Assembly: GCA_044229845.1 (NCBI GenBank)
Contig: JBGASG010000015.1
Location: 1 to 57,827, forward strand
Length of the DNA stretch: 57,827 bases
Direction: 5' to 3'
From: Candidatus Obscuribacteraceae bacterium
Lineage (GTDB): Bacteria; Cyanobacteriota; Vampirovibrionia; Obscuribacterales; Obscuribacteraceae
A model generated the notes under the pieces. The model was not told the origin of the DNA. It searched no databases and saw nothing but the letters and a program-made list of their open reading frames with translations. Positions 36,666 to 46,549 of this stretch are shown here, piece by piece. Every line of letters starts with the position of its first letter. Positions within the stretch are counted from its first letter, which is position 1. The position numbers and the translations under genes were made by a program.

Positions 36666-39600
36666 ATTTGAGATGGGGAGCCGGTGCAGCCGGTGACACT
36701 ATGATCTTGAGCTGAATCGGTGCCGCCGGTTTATCGAGTTGCACCAGCAACCCGTGATGCGCATAGTAGACCCAGCCTTTGACCGGGGCGTTGACCAGTG
36801 TCTCGAAGTCGCGCACATACTCGTTGATCTGGTCGGCGTGCGCACGGTTATGCTTCTCGATCTCCATCTCGTCGATGTGGTCGGTTTTGAAATCGACGAT
36901 GTGCCACTCTCCATAGGAGTCTTGCAAAAGCAAGTCGGGGCGCTTCTCTTCGACCCGGGCGGGCTGGAGCGAACCCGGTGCTTCCGCATCCGGCTCGCGG
37001 AGCGCGAAGTAAGGGACTTCATGCAGTCGTTCGCGGGCGCCGGCCATCAATCGGTAGAGCTGGCTATCGCAAAAGACGCGCAGCATCTGCTCCGCCTCGA
37101 TCACCAGTTCTTGCCGACGAGCCCTGTGGACGACACCGGACAGCGTGCTGTTTCCTGCTAACTCTGACAGCCGTTCGCGGTCCGGCAGGGATAAATCTTT
37201 CGGCAACGACTCCATGACCGCGTGAAAGAAGCTGCCGATGACGGTGGCATGCAAAGGGCGCTTGTCGGGTGTGACGCGCAGCAGATGCTCGAACGGTACG
37301 TTGAACTCGGCGCAGTCAGGCTGCTCGGCAAGCGGCTCGATGAACGAAAAGGAGACTGGATCAGCCGAGTTGCTCCGCTGGGAGATTGTGACGGCCTCGG
37401 CGGCCTTGAAGTTTTCCAGATTGCTTCGCACCACAAGCGGTGTTAACTGGACCAGCGAGTAGTGAGCCGTAGTTGCCGGCTCGTCGTCGAGTTCGAGGGT
37501 GTCTTTGATCAAAGTTCTGAACGACGGATGTTGCGGCGACACTTGCGCCTGCATAAACAGACCAAGGTAATCGCGGGCGCGAGTCATGGCGACGTACAGA
37601 AGCCGTTTTTTCTCGGCGGCTTCCATCTGCCGCTCAATGGTGCCGGCCAGTGTGAACGACGCCGGACGCTGTTCGTCGTCCAGTCCGCGCGCATCGACCG
37701 CGATACCATATTCTTCGCTGAATATAATCTTGCGATCGCCTTTGTGAAAGCGCTTGGACAGCGTCGGCAGCGCTACCGCCCCGAACTCGAGTCCTTTGGA
37801 CTTGTGAATGGTCATGAGCTGAACGGCATTGTCTGCTGCCAGCGGAGCGTCGCCGGCTTTGACGCTGAGGTTGCGCATCGAGTCCAGCATTTCGAGGAAC
37901 CCGCGCACCGAACGTTCTGCATGCTGCGCAGCCAGTGAGAGAAACTTCCAGACGTTGCGTGAGCGTTGTTTGCCGTTAGGTAAGGCGGAAAGGATCAGGT
38001 CGTATTGCGTGAGCTGCAGCGCGTAACGCACCAGCTCTACTAGAGGCATCTGCGCCGACCCCCGCAGCAACTCGCGCAACACGCTGACTGCCCGTTGCAC
38101 GCCGGTGTAGGAGCATTCTTCCTGCAACCCGGCTTTGCGCAAGCGCGACCAGAGAGAGCGATTGGTCTGATGCAGGCTGTGGATGACATCGTCCGGTACG
38201 CCGAACATCGGCGAGCGCAACACACCCAGGAGTGCGTGGCTGTCTTCCGGCGCGCTCAGAAACTTGAGCAGGTTTTCGAGATCGAAAATCTCCTGGCGAT
38301 TCAGGTAGCCGGCACCGCTCATGGTCACATAGGGGATGCCCGCGTCGGCAAGCGCCATCTCAATCGGAGCGAAGTCACTGTTGTTCTGCACAAGCACTGC
38401 AAAATCGCAAAACTGAATCGGACGCTGCTGTCCCAGTTCTTTGTCCAGTACCGGAGCGTGAGCCGCTACTTTCTCATGAATCCAGGCGGCAATTGCCTGA
38501 CTCTCCAGTTCATTGAAAGCCTGAGAGGATAGTTTCTCATCAACTCCTTCGTCGGATGAGAGCAGTACTATCTCGATGTTCTGATCGCCGAGCGGCTCCG
38601 GCCGAGCTGCGACAAGAGCCTGGTGGCGAGCCTCGAAGCGATCGTCGACTGAAAAAAGTTTCTCGAACATGGCGTTGACGAAGAGCACAATGCCCGGGTG
38701 GCTGCGGAAAGACCGTGTCAGGCTGAGCAAGAGCCCAGATTCGCTGTCGCTTCCCAGCCGCTCTTTCCACTCGGTGAATGTGCTGACGTCAGCGCCCTGA
38801 AATCTATAGATAGATTGTTTGTCGTCGCCAATCAAAAACAGTCTGGCGTCGCCCCCGACAAGAAACGAAAGCAGCTCAGCCTGGCGTTTATTAGTATCCT
38901 GAAACTCATCGACAAGAATCGCTTTCAGTGTGCCGTGGTAGTGGCGGCGGGCGTGCGAGCCGGGCTGCGAAAGCAGGGCATGGGTGCGGTCGATCAGGTC
39001 GTCGAAGTCGACTTTCTGGTGCTGATTTTTCAGATGTTCAAACTGCTCGATTGCTCGGTCTGCAAGTTCGATCAAGGCGCGCTGACAGAATTCAGCTGAC
39101 TGGTCGGCTTCATTCTTCTCGCTGGGAATTTCTTTGCGCAGCTTTTTCAAAGCATCTTTGATGCAGTTGACCGCGGACATGATCTGACGCTCGATTTCAC
39201 CGGCGTTACGTGTGCCCTTGAAACTGATCTCGGCGAAACCGTCGGCAATCAGCAGCCGCTGCTGCAGATCGGCATGCAGTCGCTCGGGGCGCAGAGGACT
39301 GAACAGCGATTCACATAGGAGCAGTGCCTGCACTCGATTGGCTTCGAATTTGCCGCTGGAGGTAAGCGTGTCGAGTTGCTTTTGAGCTGCCTGAAGTTTT
39401 GCACTGGAAGAAACTGTTTTGAAGGCGGCACTGGCTGCTTGCATCCAGAGCCTTTCAAACAGTGCCGGCTCTCCGGAAACCGCCCGCGCCGCTTTGTAGG
39501 CGGATGGGCGTGAAACCAGCTCACGCAGCCATTTACTGACTTCCGATGCGGAAAACTCCAGCAACTTGCGAATGTGTTCCTCTTCGCGGATCAGTGCTCC

Positions 39601-40035
39601 GCGTAATTCACCGTCTATGATCTCGTCGAGCAATTGTGCTCGTTCAAGATCGTCGAGCACATCGAACTGCGGGTCCATCAGTGCTTCGGCCGGAAACGCC
39701 CGCAAAATAGATTCGCAAAGAGAATGGATGGTGCCGATGCGGGCCTGGTCGATGCGGGAGAGCAGTTCCAGCCAGCGTTCTTTTTCTGCTCCGGTGGTGG
39801 CGGCAGCGCGTTTCTTCAATTCGCTCTTGAGACGACTGCGCATTTCATCTGCTGCTTTGCGCGTAAAAGTGACAGCGATCAAATTGGTCACAGAGGCGTC
39901 CGGATTGCATTCCAGGACGCGCAAATAACGGCTGACCAGCACGGATGTTTTGCCTGATCCGGCGCCGGCAGAGACCAGCACGTGTTTGTCGATCGACTCG
40001 ACGGCCAGGCGTTGCTCGTCGGTAAGTCTAGTCAT
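36664..40035 (-). CDS. addA: AddA-like UvrD helicase/nuclease
   Basis: AGAGSGKT, TFTRKAA, VDEFQD, GDDKQSIYRF, TIHKSKGLEF, YVAMTRA; C-terminal D...VDFKT nuclease. Confidence 0.92.
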   Translation of the reverse strand: MTRLTDEQRLAVESIDKHVLVSAGAGSGKTSVLVSRYLRVLECNPDASVTNLIAVTFTRKAADEMRSRLKSELKKRAAATTGAEKERWLELLSRIDQARIGTIHSLCESILRAFPAEALMDPQFDVLDDLERAQLLDEIIDGELRGALIREEEHIRKLLEFSASEVSKWLRELVSRPSAYKAARAVSGEPALFERLWMQAASAAFKTVSSSAKLQAAQKQLDTLTSSGKFEANRVQALLLCESLFSPLRPERLHADLQQRLLIADGFAEISFKGTRNAGEIERQIMSAVNCIKDALKKLRKEIPSEKNEADQSAEFCQRALIELADRAIEQFEHLKNQHQKVDFDDLIDRTHALLSQPGSHARRHYHGTLKAILVDEFQDTNKRQAELLSFLVGGDARLFLIGDDKQSIYRFQGADVSTFTEWKERLGSDSESGLLLSLTRSFRSHPGIVLFVNAMFEKLFSVDDRFEARHQALVAARPEPLGDQNIEIVLLSSDEGVDEKLSSQAFNELESQAIAAWIHEKVAAHAPVLDKELGQQRPIQFCDFAVLVQNNSDFAPIEMALADAGIPYVTMSGAGYLNRQEIFDLENLLKFLSAPEDSHALLGVLRSPMFGVPDDVIHSLHQTNRSLWSRLRKAGLQEECSYTGVQRAVSVLRELLRGSAQMPLVELVRYALQLTQYDLILSALPNGKQRSRNVWKFLSLAAQHAERSVRGFLEMLDSMRNLSVKAGDAPLAADNAVQLMTIHKSKGLEFGAVALPTLSKRFHKGDRKIIFSEEYGIAVDARGLDDEQRPASFTLAGTIERQMEAAEKKRLLYVAMTRARDYLGLFMQAQVSPQHPSFRTLIKDTLELDDEPATTAHYSLVQLTPLVVRSNLENFKAAEAVTISQRSNSADPVSFSFIEPLAEQPDCAEFNVPFEHLLRVTPDKRPLHATVIGSFFHAVMESLPKDLSLPDRERLSELAGNSTLSGVVHRARRQELVIEAEQMLRVFCDSQLYRLMAGARERLHEVPYFALREPDAEAPGSLQPARVEEKRPDLLLQDSYGEWHIVDFKTDHIDEMEIEKHNRAHADQINEYVRDFETLVNAPVKGWVYYAHHGLLVQLDKPAAPIQLKIIVSPAAPAPHLK

Positions 40036-43000
40036 AACTGAGAGTCTCCTCCGCGCTTACCTGCGCGTGCCGCAGTTCACTGATGCGGCAGACCTGCTTG
40101 TGGTCGCAAGTTTTGCAGACGTCGAATGTCGCGGGTTGCACTTGAAAGTCGCCTCGGGAAGCATCACGGACGAAATTCTCCACGTGCCGGCGAGTGATGT
40201 TCGGGATCTCCATATGTGCTTCGGTCTTGAACTGAAAGTTGCCGGCCACTTTTGCTTGTCTGACGCTCAGATAACTGGCGCTGGCGACCCGGCTTCCTGG
40301 AATAATGCTGACTTCAACAGCCAGTGCATACAGAGGCAGTTGAATATTGGTGCCTCTGACGGCGTCGTCCGGTTTCATGGGGCTGGAGCCGCTCTTGTAG
40401 TCAACCAGATGGACCTCGGGCGTAGTTTGTCCCGGTGCAGTTTCTCCTTGGGTGTGCGCAGCTGATGACACCAGGTCGATGCGATCGATTGCTCCCGAGA
40501 TTTTGATATTGCCAGAGTCGGTTTTGAGCACCAGGGGTGGTAGCGAGTCCGGTCCGCGCCGTCCGAATTTCACTTCGAACCGCGCCGGTTGCCCGATGTT
40601 TTTGCGCACCTGGCTTTCCCACTGCAGAAAGCGTTTCAGACGCAGGCGCATGTCCTGTTTCTCGTTGGACCAGTACGGTCCGGGATTGAAGTCTTGCTGT
40701 TGTGCGAGCCACGTCAGACCGGATGCCAGTGCCAGTTCGAATATGTCATCACGGACACCTGTACGGTGGTCTATATTTTTTTCGTTCAACTGCCGGTAAT
40801 AATCTTCGAGCACCTTGTGATAGGCCAGCCCTTGCAGCTTTGCGGAGAGTGCCGTGCCGCCCTCGACTCGCGGTTGCACTTGCAACACTCCCGAGAGCCA
40901 GTACTTGAAGGGGCACTGTCCATAATTATTGAGCTGAGTCGCACTCCATGAGTCTTTGGCAGCGATTGTCAGTGCCTGCGATTCGACCAGTGGTACCAGA
41001 TAACCGTTGTATGTGTTTTGCGGATTACCGAAAAGACGGCTGACGCCGGCTGTTACGGCATCGCTGAGACTTTCCCATAGACCTTCGATGGCTGGCTGAT
41101 CTGCAAGTTCAGGCGGCAGTTGCATGTCGAGCAGGCGATTTTGATGCCACAGCCAGCCTCCAATAGCGTCGCGTGCTGAGGCCGGCTTTTGCAGGGCGCG
41201 TGCCATGGGCTCGGTGAGCGGGACATTTGCATCAGCGACACCCTGCGCTTCGGCGACAAAGAACGATGGGATTTTTTCGTCGCCACCCATTTCGAATTGT
41301 GGAAATGAAAGTGTCACCCTGTCGCTGCGGGCGTAAAGCGATCGGTAAAGAGCTGCTTCAAAGCCCGGCTCGCCGCGCGGGTTTTTCAGATCGATATTGA
41401 AGGTGCTCCAGCGCGCCAGTTCGTCTTGCCCGGCAAAACCTGCCTGCCCGCCGCGCCGGGGAAATTCGCCCTCCACAAGTCCGGCAATGAAAACGTGCGA
41501 GAATCCGCGGTTTGGAGCTGTGTCCGCGGACGTAATCAAAACGGCCTCGCCGGTACCGCGGGCGGTGAACGAGCCCCGGGAGAGCAGCGGCTCCAGTTTG
41601 GTCAGAAACTCCTTAAAGCTCAAAGAAGGCAGATCAAATAACTGTTCTTCTTCGATCAAGATCTGCAGGCAGCGGCGCAGCGCCTTCTCGCCCTGGCGAG
41701 ACTGCTGCACCAATTTGCTGCGCGCATCAGTGGTTTTGCCCGAAGGCAGCGTCAAAAGGTTATCGAGCAGATCTTCGAGCGCGCCGACATGCTGAGTGCA
41801 GGTTGCCGGTGTGTTCAGAGCATTGAGGTGAGCAAAGAATTTCTCCATGCCGGCGCGGACGTCGCTTCTGCCCACGGACAACAACTTTTGCCATTGTTCT
41901 TTGCCGCCGACGATGGCGCGCTCCAGGCTTTTCGCATCGAGATAGTCGACATCGGCAGGAGTCATCTCCAGCGATTGGGTGTTCAAGAATTTGCTGCGCA
42001 GGCAGGAGATGGTTTTCGCGCGAGGGAAGTCGCCCTGTCCGGCCTCACCGGTGAGAGGCAGCGAAAGCAAGTCGAGGACAAATTGAATGAAGGGCAACTC
42101 TTCGTAGGCGATGCTCAGATCGAGGTAATAGGGCACGCCTGCTTGCTGGAACGCTGCTTCCACCGCGCCGCGGTATTTGTCGATCTGGCGGGCCACAACC
42201 AGGAGACGAGAGGGGCGGACTTTGTCCTTGTGAATAGCTTCCTTGCAGCGGGCGGCGATCTCCTGCATTTCGGCGAAACGGTCGAGCGCGCGAAAGACCT
42301 CGATGTGTTCGCCCGTGGTGGACACCGCTTTCGCCGTCTCCATTCCGTGCCGAATGATTTGCGGATTCATATGAAGCTCCAGATTGGCAAAGCTGGAAGC
42401 GTTCCATTCATAGGTGGGACCGCCATGCGCCTCGGCAGTGGTCTCGACATAGTCGAAGGTCATCCAGACTTGCTCGGCGTAGCGGGGTAATCCGGCAATG
42501 ATATCGGCTTGCAACGGGCTTATGCGGTCGAAGCCGTCAATCAGAATCATGCCTTTGTGGAAGTTATCCAGGCGGCGAGCGAAGAGTGCTTCGCGGGCTT
42601 CGAAAGCGATTCGTTTTTGATCGATGACCTGCAACCGATCGAGTTCGCGCCAGTACGCATCATATATGGTGGCAAGCTCGACATAACGCGACTGTTCAGC
42701 TGAACTGGCAGAGAGTCTCGATAGCACATCGTTTGGCGTGTAGCCGGCTCGCTGAAATTCATCGATTAGTTTGAGCAGGGCAGAGCTGGTGCCGGGAAAG
42801 CCGACCAGCTTCGATAAGTGTTGCAACCGATCGGTAGCGCGCATCTGGGAGAGAACCGTGCCCAGCACCAGCGCGCGCAAATCTTCCGGAAGCGCTCGAT
42901 AGCGAATCTGCGACGCCTTGAGCACGGATTCGCAAAATGGATAGAATGCCTCGATCTGCAAATTGAAGGCAATCTTCAGCGCATGCTCTTCGAGCATGGC

Positions 43001-43153
43001 ACCGATATGGCGCTGCGTAATCAGTCGATGACGAGCCGAAGGCACAACAACGGTACAAGGCGAAAGAGGATGGCTCTTTTTGAATGCCACCAGCTCCGCG
43101 AGCAAACGTTTCGTTTTGCCAGACTTGTAAGGACCGATCAGTAATTTGACCAT
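40028..43153 (-). CDS. addB: AddB-like PD-(D/E)XK nuclease subunit
   Basis: GPYKSGKT, IDGF, SATQL..Y..CPF, GAIDRID, VDYKSG, QL.LY, C..C.....C Fe-S motif; overlaps the addA start. Confidence 0.88.
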   Translation of the reverse strand: MVKLLIGPYKSGKTKRLLAELVAFKKSHPLSPCTVVVPSARHRLITQRHIGAMLEEHALKIAFNLQIEAFYPFCESVLKASQIRYRALPEDLRALVLGTVLSQMRATDRLQHLSKLVGFPGTSSALLKLIDEFQRAGYTPNDVLSRLSASSAEQSRYVELATIYDAYWRELDRLQVIDQKRIAFEAREALFARRLDNFHKGMILIDGFDRISPLQADIIAGLPRYAEQVWMTFDYVETTAEAHGGPTYEWNASSFANLELHMNPQIIRHGMETAKAVSTTGEHIEVFRALDRFAEMQEIAARCKEAIHKDKVRPSRLLVVARQIDKYRGAVEAAFQQAGVPYYLDLSIAYEELPFIQFVLDLLSLPLTGEAGQGDFPRAKTISCLRSKFLNTQSLEMTPADVDYLDAKSLERAIVGGKEQWQKLLSVGRSDVRAGMEKFFAHLNALNTPATCTQHVGALEDLLDNLLTLPSGKTTDARSKLVQQSRQGEKALRRCLQILIEEEQLFDLPSLSFKEFLTKLEPLLSRGSFTARGTGEAVLITSADTAPNRGFSHVFIAGLVEGEFPRRGGQAGFAGQDELARWSTFNIDLKNPRGEPGFEAALYRSLYARSDRVTLSFPQFEMGGDEKIPSFFVAEAQGVADANVPLTEPMARALQKPASARDAIGGWLWHQNRLLDMQLPPELADQPAIEGLWESLSDAVTAGVSRLFGNPQNTYNGYLVPLVESQALTIAAKDSWSATQLNNYGQCPFKYWLSGVLQVQPRVEGGTALSAKLQGLAYHKVLEDYYRQLNEKNIDHRTGVRDDIFELALASGLTWLAQQQDFNPGPYWSNEKQDMRLRLKRFLQWESQVRKNIGQPARFEVKFGRRGPDSLPPLVLKTDSGNIKISGAIDRIDLVSSAAHTQGETAPGQTTPEVHLVDYKSGSSPMKPDDAVRGTNIQLPLYALAVEVSIIPGSRVASASYLSVRQAKVAGNFQFKTEAHMEIPNITRRHVENFVRDASRGDFQVQPATFDVCKTCDHKQVCRISELRHAQVSAEETLSYD

Positions 43154-43289
43154 TGGTGCTACCCTTACCCGCCGTTCACCGCGGGGAAGGATAGCACCGT
43201 CGGCGGAGCGGGCTGTTGGAAAAAGTAGAGTTGCATACACAAAAGATCTATGATATACATATGTATGGTTCTCGCGAAAAACAAGCTGG

Positions 43290-43444
43290 GGACTGCAGGG
43301 CGGGGCTCGCCCGATGAGCCTGTGGAGGAGACGTAAGACCAGAAGAAATTCTGGCAGCTTCGATGAAGCAGGAACCCACCGTGTCGGCGTTCATCTCGAA
43401 CTCCTAGTCGGAATCCCCTTCTTTCCGGAAGGGGAGGAGGTCAA
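43290..43444 (+). ncRNA. IS200/IS605 (tnpB) right-end remnant, i.e. an orphan omega/reRNA scaffold
   Basis: GCCTGTGGAG..GTAAGAC..GATGAAGCAGGAA..GGAATCCCCTTC-TTTCCG-GAAGGGGAGGAGGTCAA; frame reads RAGLAR*ACGGDVRP...SMKQE like a TnpB C-tail; no tnpB ORF; 5' boundary approximate. Confidence 0.8.
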
Positions 43445-43469
43445 CGACTCTGCCACTAGAGCATGCCCT

Positions 43470-43512
43470 GCGTTTCGCTTGCAAGAAACTTAGTTTAGTG
43501 CAAGCGAAACGC
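43470..43512. repeat. 14-bp perfect inverted repeat (hairpin)
   Basis: GCGTTTCGCTTGCA-15 nt-TGCAAGCGAAACGC. Confidence 0.85.
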
Positions 43513-43616
43513 TTATAGCTCGAAAATAGTCTTATGGAGCGGGTCTTCGAGATGGTGCGTTTTTTGGTGCACAAATATTCCTGCTATGCGATCGCAATCT
43601 TTTGGCGATCGAAGTG

Positions 43617-44132
43617 CTATGCGAGATCGTGCACAAAGACATCGGCGACACCTTCGCGAAACGGAATGGTCTTTTCATAAACTGCTCCCAACCGTTTAGC
43701 GACAGCTTTGGATTTCTCATTCTCGGGAACGATTAAGCTGATCAGTCTGTCGAATTGCTTGCTTTGTATGGCGGACAGTTTCACGGCGCCGGCCGCCTCG
43801 CTGGCATATCCTTTGCCCCAAAATTTGGGTGCAATCGACCACATGATCTCAGGACCGGGCCATTCGCCAGGGTAATAGAGTCCGATGGGACCGATCAGTT
43901 CGCCGCTCGACTTCTCCACAACGGCGTAAGGTCCGAACGAGCGAAGCTGCCAATGCCCGACATAGGACGCCAGAATCCGCCAGGTGGCCCATTCGGTCTG
44001 CGGCTGTCCGAGGGTGTAGCGAACGAAGTCTTCGTCGGCAAACATGCGTGCCAGAGGCTGCCAGTCGTCGAGTTCGAACATGCGCAGGTGCAGCCGGTCG
44101 GTTTCCAGAGACGTTGGAATAGTGAACTGCAT
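43617..44132 (-). CDS. GNAT (RimJ/RimL-type) acetyltransferase
   Basis: LETDRLHLR, FWGKGYASEA, ENEKSKAVAKRLG. Confidence 0.93.
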   Translation of the reverse strand: MQFTIPTSLETDRLHLRMFELDDWQPLARMFADEDFVRYTLGQPQTEWATWRILASYVGHWQLRSFGPYAVVEKSSGELIGPIGLYYPGEWPGPEIMWSIAPKFWGKGYASEAAGAVKLSAIQSKQFDRLISLIVPENEKSKAVAKRLGAVYEKTIPFREGVADVFVHDLA

Positions 44133-44322
44133 TACCTCTCCGGCGGTTGTGGAGTGATCCGGGGCTATTCTATAGATTAAAGGCTTTGGTCCCCCAAAGA
44201 TTGAAAATTAGGTAAGGCTGGCTAAATCAGGCGTTTCTATTGTGATAATTACGCCAGCGTTTCGCGAGGCGTCGGGCCCGAAACCCACAGGTCAGCCTCA
44301 TTTACCCCAGGAAAACCCGAAG

Positions 44323-45486
44323 ATGAGTTCACAAACCTATCTGGACAACAGCGCCAGTACCCGTGTCCGCGAGGAAGTGCTGGAGGCGATGCGCCCGTTC
44401 TTCTGTGAGAAATGGGGCAACCCATCTTCCATACACAAGTTGGGACGTCAGTCTCGCAACGTCCTGGACACCGCCCGCCAGCAAGCTGCTGAGTTTTTGA
44501 ACGCGTCGCCTGAGGAGATCTTCTTCACTCCCTGCGGTACCTACAGCAATAACGTGGCGCTGTTGGGGCGGGCGCGGTTTGCCGAAGCCAACGACAAGGG
44601 TCGCCATATCATCACAACTTGCATCGAGCATTCATCCAGCCTTGGCCCAGCCAAGCATCTGGAGTCGCGCGGCTGGAAATTGTCGTACGCGCACGTGAAC
44701 GATGAAGGTTTCGTCGATGCGGAAGAAATTGCGTCATTGATTACTCCGGAAACCAGCATCGTTTCTCTCATGTGGGCGAACAATGAGATCGGCACCGTGC
44801 AACCGATAGAAGAAGTGGCAAAGATCTGTGCGGAAAAGGGAGTCTTCTTCCACTCTGATGCAGTGCAAGTGGCTGCGAAGATGCCGGTGGACATGAAGAA
44901 AACGCCGGTACAGACTCTGTCCATGTCCGGGCACAAGTTCTACGCGCCGAAAGGAATTGGACTCCTTTATGTGCGCAAAGGCGTCAACCTGATGCCGATC
45001 ATGTTTGGTGGTGGACAGGAGAGTGGTTTGTTCCCGGGCACTGAATGTTTGACCAACATCGTAGCTATCGGCAAGGCTTGCGAATTGGCGCACAAAGACC
45101 TGCCGACAATGGAGCCTGTGCTGCGTAAATTGCAGGAGAAATTGATCAAGGGACTGACGAAGATTCCCGGTGTGCGTCTGACTGGTGCTCAGGATCTCGA
45201 TAAGCGGGTGCCCGGACATGTTTCGATTGTTGTGGAAGGCGCTGTCGGGGAAGAGCTGGTAGTGCAAGCCGACTTCAAGGGCGTCTGCATTTCGAGTGTG
45301 TCGGCGTGTCAGCAACAGGGGCACGATCCTTCGCACGTGCTGAAGTGTATGGGATTCCCGCGCGAGCACATGATTGGATCGGCACGCATTACGATTGGAC
45401 GCTTCAATACGGAAGACGAAATTGATCGCGCTCTGGTTGTTTTGACTGACATTTTGAGCAAGTCAGCTAAGCCCGCGCACGTCTAA
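44323..45486 (+). CDS. iscS: Cysteine desulfurase (IscS/NifS class I)
   Basis: YLDNSAST, GNPSSIH, NNEIGT, HSDAVQ, SGHKFYAPKG, SSVSAC. Confidence 0.92.
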   Translation: MSSQTYLDNSASTRVREEVLEAMRPFFCEKWGNPSSIHKLGRQSRNVLDTARQQAAEFLNASPEEIFFTPCGTYSNNVALLGRARFAEANDKGRHIITTCIEHSSSLGPAKHLESRGWKLSYAHVNDEGFVDAEEIASLITPETSIVSLMWANNEIGTVQPIEEVAKICAEKGVFFHSDAVQVAAKMPVDMKKTPVQTLSMSGHKFYAPKGIGLLYVRKGVNLMPIMFGGGQESGLFPGTECLTNIVAIGKACELAHKDLPTMEPVLRKLQEKLIKGLTKIPGVRLTGAQDLDKRVPGHVSIVVEGAVGEELVVQADFKGVCISSVSACQQQGHDPSHVLKCMGFPREHMIGSARITIGRFNTEDEIDRALVVLTDILSKSAKPAHV

Positions 45487-45497
45487 TGCGCTCGATC

Positions 45498-45714
45498 GGC
45501 GGCTGTGGCAAGTGAGATTTTGGTATCAGAACCTCACCACGTTTGGCGCGTGGCAGCGGCCGTGGCAGGTGAGATTTTTGGTATCAGAACCTCACCACGT
45601 TTGGCGCGTGGCAGCGGCTGTAGCAAGTGAGATTTTGGTATCAGAACCTCACTGCGTTGTGGCGCATGACGGCGGCTGTAGCAAGTGAGATTTTGGTATC
45701 AGAACCTCACCACG
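45498..45714. repeat. Tandem array of 4 units (57-58 bp) with palindromic core GTGAGATTTTGGTATCAGAACCTCAC
   Basis: Cores at 45512-45537, 45569-45595, 45627-45652, 45685-45710; 31-32 bp linkers similar to each other. Confidence 0.95.
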
Positions 45715-45913
45715 AAATTGTGCGCCGCGTGCGCGCCGAAACGAGCCGCAAATGTGGTAACGAAAATACGATCGTATTAAAATAAATCTGGGAGCCCGCG
45801 AGTGAATCAATTCAACTTGCCCTATTCATCATGCCCAGCTAGTAATCTATTGCCTCCCACAGTCGTTATCAAATAAGGGCGCTTCCTTCCGTTAAACAGG
45901 AGGTGACACTCTT

Positions 45914-46525
45914 TTGGCTACCGCAAAACTAAGGAAATTCCTCGAGAAATTGCAGGATGGCGATATGTTTGCCGCGCGAGATGTGCTGCACCTGCATCGA
46001 CGAGCCAATACCGTATATGGTGCGTTGTACAGGCTCGCGAAGGCGGGAGCGATTTTTCGCGTCGCTCAAGGTCTGTATATAAAGGGAAACGAACGCACCC
46101 CGAAACCTACCATTGCCCAGATAGCCCATGCTAAAGCGGAGGCATTCTGCAAAACAATAACCGACATCAGCGCTGAGTTCGCGCGGGCTATGGGTATCGA
46201 GTTCGAAGCAAAGTCTGAGGCGATCTTTGCCACAAATGGCCGCAGCAGCCTGATTCAATCATGCCATGGTCCGATTCAGTTTGTCGGTGCCTCCTTGCGG
46301 AAGACTGCTCTGCAGGATTCGCCATTAGGCATTCAGCTGCGCACAATGTGGCATCTGGGACGTCATGCCGATCCGGCTCCATTTGTGCAGATGGCTGTCA
46401 CGCAATGGTCGGAGGTCGACTGGGACGAGAGCAATGCTCGCTTCAAGCTGCTCCCGTATTGGTTGTCCGCAATGCTGGCGCTGCCCCTGATACGTCCAGG
46501 CAATGGGGCATTCCTGTTGGAATGA
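45914..46525 (+). CDS. AbiEi/DUF6088-like winged-helix protein (type IV antitoxin-like), no toxin partner
   Basis: GDMFAARD...ALYRLAKAGAIFRVAQGLY...P...IA.A.A...TNGRS; AGGAGGTGA RBS before TTG. Confidence 0.75.
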   Translation: MATAKLRKFLEKLQDGDMFAARDVLHLHRRANTVYGALYRLAKAGAIFRVAQGLYIKGNERTPKPTIAQIAHAKAEAFCKTITDISAEFARAMGIEFEAKSEAIFATNGRSSLIQSCHGPIQFVGASLRKTALQDSPLGIQLRTMWHLGRHADPAPFVQMAVTQWSEVDWDESNARFKLLPYWLSAMLALPLIRPGNGAFLLE

Positions 46526-46549
46526 GCTGACGCTGTAGTAACCCTTCGC

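Noticed and set aside
36664..43153. Novel helicase-nuclease defence system
   Set aside because: Architecture and gene order match the ordinary AddAB repair complex
43265..43336. Short ORF MVLAKNKLGTAG... upstream of and within the omega-RNA scaffold
   Set aside because: 23 codons with no RBS; at most a deletion remnant, not an intact tnpB
43567..43640. Short duplicated words TGCTATGCGA and GTGCACAAA near the GNAT stop
   Set aside because: Too short and irregular to call a repeat or target-site duplication
45498..45714. CRISPR array
   Set aside because: Repeat and spacer sizes fit, but the spacers are near-copies of one another and there are no cas genes in the window
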